Assembly (NCBI GenBank): GCA_964520615.1
Contig: CAZFNL010000137.1
Span: forward strand, 148,898-212,897
DNA: 64,000 bases
Source of the DNA: an uncultured Gammaproteobacteria bacterium
GTDB taxonomy: Bacteria > Patescibacteriota > Microgenomatia > 2-02-FULL-39-11
Direction of reading: 5' to 3'
Shown: one piece after another, positions 48,987 to 60,157 of the stretch
Numbering within the stretch: the stretch's first letter is position 1
How the letters are laid out: each line of letters opens with the position of its first letter
The notes under the pieces: generated by a model
What the model was told of the DNA's origin: nothing
Seen by the model: the letters and a program-made list of their open reading frames with translations, nothing else
Database searches by the model: none
Program-made: the position numbers and the translations under genes

Positions 48987-49765
48987 CAAGCCGTTTGAGA
49001 AAACGGCTTGTGATTGTCCCAAAGGCCTTTGGGGTCTTTGAGACACTAAGAACTTGACTTTGTCTGCCTCCCTCATCCGGCGCCGGAGCTACAGACACAA
49101 TGATCCCGGGATTGCAGAGAGCAAAAAGCCTCTCTGAATAGGCTAATATTTTTGACCTCCTCAGCCTATACTTTGATTAACCCCAAGATACCGGAAAACT
49201 GTAAATAAGAGCTATAAAAACTACCAACCAGTCTTATTCACATTTTTCCGGCATCAAGAGGATTTCCCTGAAAACTATGTCTGTAAATTTTAACAACCAA
49301 TTTTTTATTGCCCTTCTCCGGCAAAGCCGGATCAGGACAATTTTGCGTAATTCCAAAATTTACATTTTGGAAACGCAATATTGCGTTTCTGGTTTTTAAG
49401 GTGCGATTCCGATGAAACATCGGAATAGTTGATAGTTAATAGTTTATGGTTGGCAGTTGCACTTCACTGCGTTTGGTGTAAACAACTGCGCCAAAAACTA
49501 AAACTTCCAACTTTTCAGTCTTTGAGAGTCTGCAATCGCGATAGACTGCTTATCTTCCAGACTGACTCGGGCTTAAACCCAAGATGAAAAGAAATTGTTG
49601 TGGCGGGTTATGATCACACGTCACCCATAACCAATTTCCCTTCATCCTGGATATAATCTCTATTTAATTGTCAATACAGCTCTTACAAAAATATCCTCTC
49701 GCCTGTCGGAGGGGAGGAAACCTTTTACTCCATCCCGTTCCGGGCAGAACAAGAAAAGAGGACAA
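48987..49765 (-). ncRNA. Candidate long structured RNA or 5' leader (about 780 nt, 14 or so consecutive stem-loops)
   Basis: No credible ORF; near-continuous inverted repeats whose mismatches are mostly A-C on plus, i.e. G-U on minus. Confidence 0.55.
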
Positions 49766-49771
49766 ATTATT

Positions 49772-49848
49772 TTAGTTAGCAGTTGATGGTTGGCCGTTGA
49801 TGGTTCTTTTATTATGTTTCTAACTACTAACCACTAACTATTAACTAG
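49772..49848. repeat. Inverted pair of 7-nt tandem repeat arrays with no ORF between them
   Basis: TTAGTTA GCAGTTG ATGGTTG GCCGTTG ATGGTTC ... TAACTAC TAACCAC TAACTAT TAACTAG. Confidence 0.7.
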
Positions 49849-50509
49849 TTACCGCTTTTTTTCTCAGATACAAACCTGATACAAGCGCTGATCCCAAACC
49901 GGCTAGTGACAATAACCAATGTTCGGGTCCGGCTTTAGGAGCGCTAGTGACAGTGATCTGTTTTTCTATACAAAACTGGCTTTCATCGTGGTCACTCTCT
50001 CCACCTGATGCGGCATCAACCGTATTTACCAAACAAACTACATTTTTATCAGACGGCAGGACTGCCGGGTGTACCGTCCTGACTTTTACTTCATACTGCT
50101 GGTCGGTACCTCCGGCAAGATTGTTTACCGTGAATGTTAAAACCCTTGAATTGCTATCATAACTGCCTGGACCCGACATAAAGTCCACATAGGACGGTAA
50201 AGCGTCTTTTACCGTGACGGTATCCAGTGTCTGGTCGCCGGAATTTTGTACATCGATATGGAAAGTGACTACCTGTTCAGGACGATATTTGGGGTCTGCC
50301 GGACCCAGGTTGTCCACAAAAACCCCTGTTGCAGGATTTTGTACAGTCTTGTTTACCAAAACCTGTCCGACCCGCGGACACTGTACTCCTCCACCGTAAA
50401 CTGGAGTACAACCTGTGCCGTATGCGCCGTCAGCAAAAATTGACTGGGGTAAAAATAAAGTTACCGAAAATAAGGTCAAAAAAAATACTGCCTGTTTCAG
50501 ACTTTTCAT
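49841..50509 (-). CDS. Secreted DUF11-domain surface protein with C-terminal anchor
   Basis: Signal peptide; V.KTV...VTF.I.V.N.G......V.V.D.LP DUF11 signature; PKAG + hydrophobic + RKK tail. Confidence 0.8.
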   Translation of the reverse strand: MKSLKQAVFFLTLFSVTLFLPQSIFADGAYGTGCTPVYGGGVQCPRVGQVLVNKTVQNPATGVFVDNLGPADPKYRPEQVVTFHIDVQNSGDQTLDTVTVKDALPSYVDFMSGPGSYDSNSRVLTFTVNNLAGGTDQQYEVKVRTVHPAVLPSDKNVVCLVNTVDAASGGESDHDESQFCIEKQITVTSAPKAGPEHWLLSLAGLGSALVSGLYLRKKAVTS

Positions 50510-50548
50510 AAAACTCCTTTTTTTGGGCAGATTAATAAGTTGCGGGGG

Positions 50549-50577
50549 ATTATATCACGCTAAAAAGTAGTTGTCAA
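50549..50577 (-). promoter_or_regulatory. Consensus sigma70 promoter for the DUF11 gene
   Basis: TTGACA-17 nt-TATAAT with TGn extended -10; AAGGAG RBS before ATG 50509. Confidence 0.75.
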
Positions 50578-50593
50578 GTACTATAGGTCAAAA

Positions 50594-50628
50594 TTAGTTA
50601 GTGGTTGGTCGTTGGTGGTTGATAGTTA
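50594..50628. repeat. 7-nt tandem array upstream of the four-helix-bundle gene
   Basis: TTAGTTA GTGGTTG GTCGTTG GTGGTTG ATAGTTA. Confidence 0.7.
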
Positions 50629-50673
50629 GAATTTATAGTTGTTAGAAATAAAAAGTTATTCTAATATACGACT

Positions 50674-51054
50674 ATGGGAAAGATTACAAAACTGGGTGAT
50701 ATTGAAGTCTATAAAGAGGCTTTAACCTTAACTTCAGAGATTTATGCGCTTACAAGGAGCTACAAATTAAGAAAGGATTTTGCGTTAGTCGATCAGGTAC
50801 GACGCGCATCAATTTCAATTGCGGCAAATATAGCAGAAGGGTATGGCAGGAAATCCAAAGGTGATTTCTGCCGATTTCTTTCCATATCCTTAGGTTCAGT
50901 AAATGAAGTCATCACATATCTTGATTTTATAAGCTTTGAATATAAACTCGATACAAAACTGCTAACTGAAAAATTCAATAAACTGGCCAGCAGAGTCGCT
51001 TCATTTCGCAAATATTTAACTACTAACTACAAACTACCAACTGCTAACCAATAA
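50674..51054 (+). CDS. Four helix bundle protein (23S rRNA IVP / TIGR02436-like)
   Basis: L.DQ.RRAS.SI.ANIAEG.GR....DF.RFL.IS.GS..E. Confidence 0.9.
   Translation: MGKITKLGDIEVYKEALTLTSEIYALTRSYKLRKDFALVDQVRRASISIAANIAEGYGRKSKGDFCRFLSISLGSVNEVITYLDFISFEYKLDTKLLTEKFNKLASRVASFRKYLTTNYKLPTANQ
51017..51051. repeat. 7-nt tandem array at the 3' end of the four-helix-bundle gene, inverted relative to 50594-50628
   Basis: TAACTAC TAACTAC AAACTAC CAACTGC TAACCAA. Confidence 0.7.
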
Positions 51055-51057
51055 ATT

Positions 51058-52293
51058 ATGAAACCGAAGTACCATCCTTTTTTAGCCTTACAATTCCGAG
51101 ATTTCAGACTATTGTGGCTGGGGATGCTCATATCCAGAATAGGATCTGAAATGCAGGTGGTTGCCCTAAACTGGCAGATTTATCTTATCACCGGTTCCGC
51201 TCTTTCCCTTGGACTTATAGGGTTATCAAGATTTTTACCGATTATCTTTTTTTCACTGGCGGGAGGAATGATAGCGGATATCGCGGACCGAAAAAAACTG
51301 ATGATTGCGGCACAAACCGTATCTATGGCCACCGCTTTTATTTTCGCGATCACCACGTTTACCCACAATATCAGTCCCCTCCTCATCTATTTTCTCCTGG
51401 CGATAAACTCCATTGCTACTTCTTTTGAGACTCCCGCACGCCAGTCACTAGTACCCGCGCTCGTGCCTGAAAAATATTTCATCAACGCTGTCAGTCTCAA
51501 TACCATCATGTGGCAATCAGCCATGGTAATTGGCCCTACTATTGCGGGATTTATTATCGCTTTACACGGAGTCGGCGCGGTTTACACTCTCAATGCCTTT
51601 TCTTTTCTGGCGGTAATTTTTTCCCTTTTTGCCATATGTCCTCCGAAATCACCCCGGCCAATCAAGGTTGACTTTAATCTTGATACTGTAAGAGATGGAA
51701 TAAGATTTGTCAAAAACACTCCCATTATCTATTCCACTATGCTTTTGGACTTTTTTGCCACATTTTTTGCCTCAGCCACTGTCCTTTTGCCAATATTTGC
51801 CAAAGATATACTCAAAGTCGGACCCCAAGGGATGGGCATACTTTATGCGTCTGCCTCAATAGGAGCAGTTACCGCCGGTCTCTTTGTCTCCTCTTTGGGC
51901 CACATAAAACACCAGGGGAAAATACTACTTTTAGCAGTTTCAGTTTATGGCCTGGCCACGATTCTTTTTGGCATATCAAAATCATTTTATCTCTCGATAC
52001 TATTCCTCTTTCTGACCGGAGCAGGCGACGTCATCAGTACAATAATAAGAAATACGATTAGACAACTGGCTACACCTGACCATATAAGAGGCAGAATGGT
52101 TTCAATTAATATGATATTTTTTATGGGCGGGCCGCAGCTGGGTGAAACAGAAGCCGGAATTACGGCAGCGATGCTGGGCGCTCCTCTCTCTGTCGTCCTG
52201 GGAGGAGCGGGAACTCTGACCGCAGTGGGGCTTTTAGCTTTGCTTATTCCAAAACTGAGAAATTATCAGGGAGATGAGTTAATTACAAAATAG
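51058..52293 (+). CDS. MFS transporter (EntS/H+ antiporter-like exporter)
   Basis: RDFRLLW, GG.IAD..DRKK, PARQSL.P.LV, TPD..RGR; 12 TM. Confidence 0.9.
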   Translation: MKPKYHPFLALQFRDFRLLWLGMLISRIGSEMQVVALNWQIYLITGSALSLGLIGLSRFLPIIFFSLAGGMIADIADRKKLMIAAQTVSMATAFIFAITTFTHNISPLLIYFLLAINSIATSFETPARQSLVPALVPEKYFINAVSLNTIMWQSAMVIGPTIAGFIIALHGVGAVYTLNAFSFLAVIFSLFAICPPKSPRPIKVDFNLDTVRDGIRFVKNTPIIYSTMLLDFFATFFASATVLLPIFAKDILKVGPQGMGILYASASIGAVTAGLFVSSLGHIKHQGKILLLAVSVYGLATILFGISKSFYLSILFLFLTGAGDVISTIIRNTIRQLATPDHIRGRMVSINMIFFMGGPQLGETEAGITAAMLGAPLSVVLGGAGTLTAVGLLALLIPKLRNYQGDELITK

Positions 52294-52363
52294 TAAAAAA
52301 GTGGCGGGCGGTGTGCTAAAAACAGATAGATGTAATTCATTAGTTGATAATTGTTATTAGTAT

Positions 52364-53872
52364 ATGCCTGATTCTGAAAAAGAAAAATTAATTCTTGAAG
52401 AGTCTGTCTATGACCTCCGGGAGGATTTTGAAGAATTGGAGTATATTGCCCGGTCCGGAATAACTCAACTGAATAGATTTGAACTAAAGCTGAAACAAGT
52501 TAGAAAATCCATTATCCCCGAGATACTAATTGACACAAAGGATAATGTTAATCTTCTTCTCTCTCAATATAATAATCTCCTTCAAAGTTTATCTACCGCC
52601 AAAAAAGACCTAAATAAAGCAAATAAAAGTCAGAAAGCTATATTTGAGGCTTCTTTTCATAAAAGAGTCAACTTTGAAAAATTAAGGACCCTTTATAACC
52701 AAACCGCTGCAGCCCTTACAAGTCTTGACTGGCAATCTCCCACCGCTTCCCACACGCTTTTCTCCCAGGCAGGAAGCCAAACCGGCAAAATAAAAGCCAC
52801 TCTGGTTGATTACAAGCGTGACGCACATCTTGATGAAGCGGAATATGAGAAGAAATTCCTTAATCAATATATCGATTCTATGATAAAAATAGGCATAAAT
52901 ACCTACATGACCGCCAGCGGGATGGCAGCTTTCACCACCATTCTGAACTTTCTTCTGGGAGAAAAAAAAGTTTATGGAAAATTGCTTTTAGGAAGATCAT
53001 CCTACTTCCAATATAAGGATATACTGTTGAAACTATTAAATAACAAAATTATAGAATTTGATGAAACTGACACAGAGAAATTAAAAGCGTTAATCAATAA
53101 GATCAGGCCATCCGCCATATTTATCGACTCGCTTTGCAATGCTAAAAATATACCTGTTCCGGATATGAAAAGGTTGATGGATTATCTGCAAAAAAGATGC
53201 AACTGGGAGTTGTTTCTTGTCATTGACAATACCTGCCTTGCTACATCCTGCCAACCGTTTGACCTCCTTTCCCCTCTAAAAAGAAATATCGGCCTCATCG
53301 TCTTTGAAAGCCTGATGAAATACCACCATTTCGGCCTGGATAGGATAACAGGCGGTATAATTGCCGCAAGAGGAAAAGATATTGGTAAACTTTATGACTG
53401 GAGGAAAAACTCCGGCACCAACATCACTGATATGGGAGTTTATCAATTCCCTATTCCCCACCGGAAAATGCTGGACAGGCGGCTGAGGAGATTCTCAAGA
53501 AACGCCAGCATATTGACCCAAAAACTTCAACAATTTATAGACACTACAAACGGTAAATATGTAAATTCGATAATATGCCCTGCCCAAAAACCTACATTTA
53601 CAGGTAGTTTTTTCAATATCGGCTTCACTAAACCTGATATCAAATTGTATAAACATTTTATCAAAAGCGTCATGGAAGAAACCAAAAGGGCAAAAGCGGA
53701 ACTTCACCATGGAACAAGTTTTGGCCTTAATCACACCAGAATTTACCTTACTTCCTACTGGACCAGGTATGGCGATCCTTTTGTCCGTATCTCAGTTGGT
53801 ACCGAAAACCGGCTGGAGATGGAAAAAATATTGCATGTATTTAAGGAAGTAATCAGAAAGATGAATGATTAA
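52364..53872 (+). CDS. PLP-dependent Cys/Met-metabolism-family enzyme with N-terminal helical extension
   Basis: ASGMAA, VIDNT, ES.MKY (PLP Lys), GTSFG, VRISVG.E. Confidence 0.75.
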   Translation: MPDSEKEKLILEESVYDLREDFEELEYIARSGITQLNRFELKLKQVRKSIIPEILIDTKDNVNLLLSQYNNLLQSLSTAKKDLNKANKSQKAIFEASFHKRVNFEKLRTLYNQTAAALTSLDWQSPTASHTLFSQAGSQTGKIKATLVDYKRDAHLDEAEYEKKFLNQYIDSMIKIGINTYMTASGMAAFTTILNFLLGEKKVYGKLLLGRSSYFQYKDILLKLLNNKIIEFDETDTEKLKALINKIRPSAIFIDSLCNAKNIPVPDMKRLMDYLQKRCNWELFLVIDNTCLATSCQPFDLLSPLKRNIGLIVFESLMKYHHFGLDRITGGIIAARGKDIGKLYDWRKNSGTNITDMGVYQFPIPHRKMLDRRLRRFSRNASILTQKLQQFIDTTNGKYVNSIICPAQKPTFTGSFFNIGFTKPDIKLYKHFIKSVMEETKRAKAELHHGTSFGLNHTRIYLTSYWTRYGDPFVRISVGTENRLEMEKILHVFKEVIRKMND

Positions 53873-53946
53873 TACAAGCTAAATCTCAAAGCTCAAATCA
53901 AAATGTAATTAGCGTAAATCTTGCAATCGAACATTTGAGATAAAAA

Positions 53947-54804
53947 ATGAAATCCGTTGCTCTTGTCACCTGGAAAGGTTATCCAAAACTATTTGACGGT
54001 GACAAACTGCTCATTGAACCGTTTCAAAAAAGCGGGTTTGCTCCTGCAGCTATTGCGTGGGATAAGAAAGGTATTGACTGGACCGATTTTGATATTGTGA
54101 TTCTGCGCTCAACCTGGGATTACCATACAAGACTGAAGGAATTCTATAATTGGATCGATCAGTGTATTGAGAAAAAGGTAAACCTTTGGAATCCTCCGGA
54201 AATAATCAGGTGGAATACTGATAAAAGGTACCTTTTTGATCTGCAGAAAATGGGCATCCATATTGTACCTACACTTTTGTGTACCAAAGATTCTATTGAT
54301 GACGCCAGAAATAATGCAATTTTAGCCGGATGGAAAAATATCATCATCAAACCAATTCATGGAGCCTCAAGCTATAAAACACTTAGGATAAATACTGCTG
54401 AATTTACTACTGGTAGTCCTTCTTTTACGAATCTGTCTTCAAAAGAAAACTTATTGATACAACCATTTATGGAAGAGATTATGACTGAAGGCGAATACTC
54501 TTTTGTCTTCATCAACAAAGAATATAGTCACGCCGTCTTAAAGGTTCCCCGAAAAAACGAATTCCGTTCCCAGAGGGAATTTGGCGGAAAGGAAATTGCG
54601 GTCAATCCGACTCAATCACTTATTTTTCAAGCACAAAAAGTACTCGATCACATTCCTTCTACTCTTTTATACGCACGGGTAGACGGAATCAATATAAAAG
54701 AACAATTCCATCTGATGGAACTTGAACTGACCGAGCCGTATCTCTTTTTTGAGAAAAAAGAAGGTTCGGCACAAAAGTTTGTCAAGGCCGCCATCGGTTT
54801 ATAG
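53947..54804 (+). CDS. ATP-grasp ligase (RimK/DcsG-like)
   Basis: WD....DW..FD.V.LRSTWDY, WN.DK.YL, IKP..GASS, QPF..EI...GE.S, YARVD, MELELTEP.LF. Confidence 0.85.
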   Translation: MKSVALVTWKGYPKLFDGDKLLIEPFQKSGFAPAAIAWDKKGIDWTDFDIVILRSTWDYHTRLKEFYNWIDQCIEKKVNLWNPPEIIRWNTDKRYLFDLQKMGIHIVPTLLCTKDSIDDARNNAILAGWKNIIIKPIHGASSYKTLRINTAEFTTGSPSFTNLSSKENLLIQPFMEEIMTEGEYSFVFINKEYSHAVLKVPRKNEFRSQREFGGKEIAVNPTQSLIFQAQKVLDHIPSTLLYARVDGINIKEQFHLMELELTEPYLFFEKKEGSAQKFVKAAIGL

Positions 54805-55059
54805 CAGATCCTTTTTCATATCCTGGAATTGTCTTTTGGTGATTTCACCCTTGGCATAACGCTCACGCAAAATCTCAACCGCTGTATCCTCTTCTGTTTC
54901 TCTGTTATTTGCCTCTTCACTTCCTGATTTATCCCCTTTATCATGAGAGCCAAGAAGGAGAACGAGTATTAATCCTGCCAGAAATACAATAAAAAGTATC
55001 CAGAAAAGTGAAGGAAAACCCCAACCCATTCCCCCTCCATATCCATAATGCAACCACAT
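54799..55059 (-). CDS. SHOCT-domain small membrane protein
   Basis: GGGMGWG, TM, A.EILRERYAKGEIT..QF..MK; start at ATG 55059. Confidence 0.85.
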   Translation of the reverse strand: MWLHYGYGGGMGWGFPSLFWILFIVFLAGLILVLLLGSHDKGDKSGSEEANNRETEEDTAVEILRERYAKGEITKRQFQDMKKDLL

Positions 55060-55158
55060 ATTTGTCACCTTCTTTCTTGCTCCTGTAAATTAAAAACATA
55101 CCCAATATATAACCGGAAGCTGAAAAATTGCTGAAAGAAAAGTTATTGTGGCGTAAAT

Positions 55159-57619
<2,461 letters not shown>

Positions 57620-57621
57620 AT

Positions 57622-59082
57622 TTATTCCTTCAAAAGAATCTCTTTTTTGAAATCTTCGATTATGTCTTTTATCTGACTCTTGACACCGTCATCAAACACT
57701 CCGCTTCCTATCTTCTCCAAAATATGGGGATACTTATTCCTAAGTATTTCCAATAGTTCCCCCTTAAACCTAACCCACTGTTCAGCCTTTAAATCATCCA
57801 GCATTCCTTCTTCTACGGCATAAAAAAGCACTACTTGCTCCTTCCAGGATACATTCTGATGTTTCTCCTGTTTCAAAAGCTCAAGAGTCAACTCTCCCCT
57901 GTATATTTTCTTTTTTGATTCCTGGCTTACCACAGTCTCAAGTTGAGTCAGTTTTTGCAGTTCGTTTTGCTGGGAAAGCACCAATCTTAACCCTGCAGTC
58001 ACCTGTCTTAAAAGCGGAGGTTGAGCCTTCCCGCCGACGCGGGAAACGGATAATCCGACGTTTATGGCCGGTATGAACCCCTTCTGGTATAATCCCCTTT
58101 CAAGATAAATCTGACCGTCGGTGATGGAAATAATATTGGTCGGGATAAAAGAAGTGACGTCACCCTCCTGTGTTTCAACAATTGGAAGCGCCGTAAGCGA
58201 ACCGCCGCCTTTCTCATCTGAAAGTTTGGCAGCCCGTTCCAAAAGCGAAGCGTGAAGGGAAAACACATCTCCCGGATATGCCTCCCGTCCCGGAGCCCTC
58301 TCTAGAAGAAGAGAAACATCACGGTAACACTTTGCATGTTCTGAAAGATCATCATAGACAACAAGTGCATGTTTACCCCTGTCTCTAAAATATTCACCTA
58401 TTGTCACACCGACGAATGGCGACAGATATTTTTCCGCAAAAGCGCTGTTACTGGTAGCTGCTACGACAGTTGTATACAAAAAAGCTCCATATTCTTTTAA
58501 CGTAGAAACTAGATGATTCATATATCTAGTCTTTTTTCCGCATAGGACATAAATGCAATATACGGCTGGATCAGCATTTTTCTGGTTTAACACCGTATCA
58601 AGAGCTATTGTGCTTTTACCCAAATTCCTGTCACCGATAATGAGTTCCCGCTGACCCTTTCCTAATGGCAAAGTAGCATCTATTATCTTAATACCTGTAG
58701 TAATAGGCTCATGCACCTCCTGACGGTCGATTATCCCCGGAGCAGTTGTGAAAACCGGAATTTTATCACCTGACAGAACGGTCTCTTCGTCAAGCGGTTG
58801 ACCCAGACCGTCAATTACCCTACCTACTATTCCATCTGAAATGGGTATGGAAAATCTACGGTGGCTGCGGTATAGGGGATTCTCCAACAAAATATCATCG
58901 TCAAACAAAAGTACCTCGACATTTTTCTCGTCAAAACCAATTACAATCCCTGTTTCTTTTCCAGCTTCGTCAAGAAGGACTTCATGCAAAAAAACATGGG
59001 TAAGTCCATGGACTTTGGCAACTCCTGAAAAGCAGGACACAATATAACCTATTTCAGTGAAATTACTTTCTTCTGGCGGCAT
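57622..59082 (-). CDS. atpA: F-type ATPase alpha subunit
   Basis: GQRELIIGDR..GKS, YDDLS, PGREAYPGDVF, PTN.ISITDGQI. Confidence 0.95.
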   Translation of the reverse strand: MPPEESNFTEIGYIVSCFSGVAKVHGLTHVFLHEVLLDEAGKETGIVIGFDEKNVEVLLFDDDILLENPLYRSHRRFSIPISDGIVGRVIDGLGQPLDEETVLSGDKIPVFTTAPGIIDRQEVHEPITTGIKIIDATLPLGKGQRELIIGDRNLGKSTIALDTVLNQKNADPAVYCIYVLCGKKTRYMNHLVSTLKEYGAFLYTTVVAATSNSAFAEKYLSPFVGVTIGEYFRDRGKHALVVYDDLSEHAKCYRDVSLLLERAPGREAYPGDVFSLHASLLERAAKLSDEKGGGSLTALPIVETQEGDVTSFIPTNIISITDGQIYLERGLYQKGFIPAINVGLSVSRVGGKAQPPLLRQVTAGLRLVLSQQNELQKLTQLETVVSQESKKKIYRGELTLELLKQEKHQNVSWKEQVVLFYAVEEGMLDDLKAEQWVRFKGELLEILRNKYPHILEKIGSGVFDDGVKSQIKDIIEDFKKEILLKE

Positions 59083-59084
59083 GG

Positions 59085-59900
59085 TTATTTTTTTACTGCA
59101 GTTTCGATATCATGAAAAAAATTTTCTTCAATAAGTATTCCTCCCAACATCAATCTGAAACCGGCAACTAGATCTTTTTTTTCTCTGACCGTAAACTGAA
59201 TCCCCCTTAACCCGAATTTCTCTTCTATCATCTTCCTCAAATTTCCAACATCATCTTCCGCCAAAGGCCTTGCGTGTTCAAGAGTCAGAATTGGGCCATT
59301 TGCCGCCTCCTGTTTATCCATTCCATTCTGCTCTTCACTTTTTTGAGTTGTCAATCCGGTATAATCTCCAGCCAGAAGCGAAGACGACAATTTTCCTAGT
59401 GCTTCCTGTAATTTGATAAAATACATCGTCTGGAGAGACTTTTTCCTCTCCTCATCCAAAGAAACAATCATTTCCGACGCCACGCCATTAATGACTTTTT
59501 CCATTAAACTATATTTTATCTCCTCCCGTAGATGTTCCTCTGCTCCATTCAAATGTTCTTTAGCTTGCTCTGTCAGTTTTGATACATCTTCTTCTCCTAT
59601 CTTTTGTGCATCTTTTCTTATTTTCTGGGCTATTGTTTGGGCTTCAACCAATATCGTCTGTGATTCTTCCCTCAATTTGGAAAGCTCTCTTTCTTTCTCT
59701 TTATCAAAACTCTTTTTTTCTTTTTCCAGGTCATCTTTTTCTTTTCTGGCTTCACTTAATTCTTTTTCCTCCTTCTCAACTTTTTCTACCATCGGTTTGT
59801 AAAGAAATTTACCAAGTATCAAAAGAAGCAGCGTAAAATTTATTATTTGCGCTGCTAAAAGTTTCAGATCTATACCAATGTTACCCAAAAATCCGGTCAT
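59085..59900 (-). CDS. atpF: F0 subunit b fused to a delta-like C-terminal domain
   Basis: AQIINF..L..IL.KFLYKP, coiled coil, C-terminal DLVAGFRL..G delta-like segment. Confidence 0.85.
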   Translation of the reverse strand: MTGFLGNIGIDLKLLAAQIINFTLLLLILGKFLYKPMVEKVEKEEKELSEARKEKDDLEKEKKSFDKEKERELSKLREESQTILVEAQTIAQKIRKDAQKIGEEDVSKLTEQAKEHLNGAEEHLREEIKYSLMEKVINGVASEMIVSLDEERKKSLQTMYFIKLQEALGKLSSSLLAGDYTGLTTQKSEEQNGMDKQEAANGPILTLEHARPLAEDDVGNLRKMIEEKFGLRGIQFTVREKKDLVAGFRLMLGGILIEENFFHDIETAVKK

Positions 59901-59905
59901 AATTT

Positions 59906-60118
59906 TTATGCCACAAATTTGAGAATTAACGCCACGACCAATGCGTAAATTGCTATAGCTTCCGCAAAAGCGATGGCTATTATCATGGTAATACGAATAT
60001 TATCCGAGTTTTGCGGGTTTCTAGCCATTCCTATTAAACCTGCTGCCCCTACTATCCCTATAGCCAGTGCCGGACCGATAGTGCCTATCGCCATGGTAAA
60101 TGCTGATGGATTTTGCAT
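59906..60118 (-). CDS. atpE: F0 subunit c
   Basis: ARNP loop, AFAEA.AIY. Confidence 0.95.
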   Translation of the reverse strand: MQNPSAFTMAIGTIGPALAIGIVGAAGLIGMARNPQNSDNIRITMIIAIAFAEAIAIYALVVALILKFVA

Positions 60119-60157
60119 ATGATCTCCTTCCTCTTAAAACGTTTGTAAAATCTTGCG

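Noticed and set aside
48303-49076. Alternative overlapping ORFs (48303-48578, 48307-48504, 48389-48688, 48723-49076, 48835-49041)
   Set aside because: Expected by-products of high local GC; only 48413-48976 has a clear RBS and coherent domain layout.
49238-49420. 60-aa ORF inside the structured region
   Set aside because: No RBS and no protein-like features; it runs through several hairpins and is probably a chance ORF.
48987-49765. RNase P RNA, tmRNA, SRP RNA, or group I/II intron as the identity of the structured region
   Set aside because: I found no GAGGAAAGUCC/P4 pair (GAGGAAAC at about 49714 is only partial), no tRNA-like ends, no group II domain V and no recognisable group I core. 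A covariance-model search is still needed.
49772-51051. CRISPR array
   Set aside because: The repeats are degenerate 7-mers in tandem with no unique spacers, and no cas genes are present.
50674-51054. Diversity-generating retroelement (Avd-like gene)
   Set aside because: No reverse transcriptase and no template/variable repeat pair is visible in the window.
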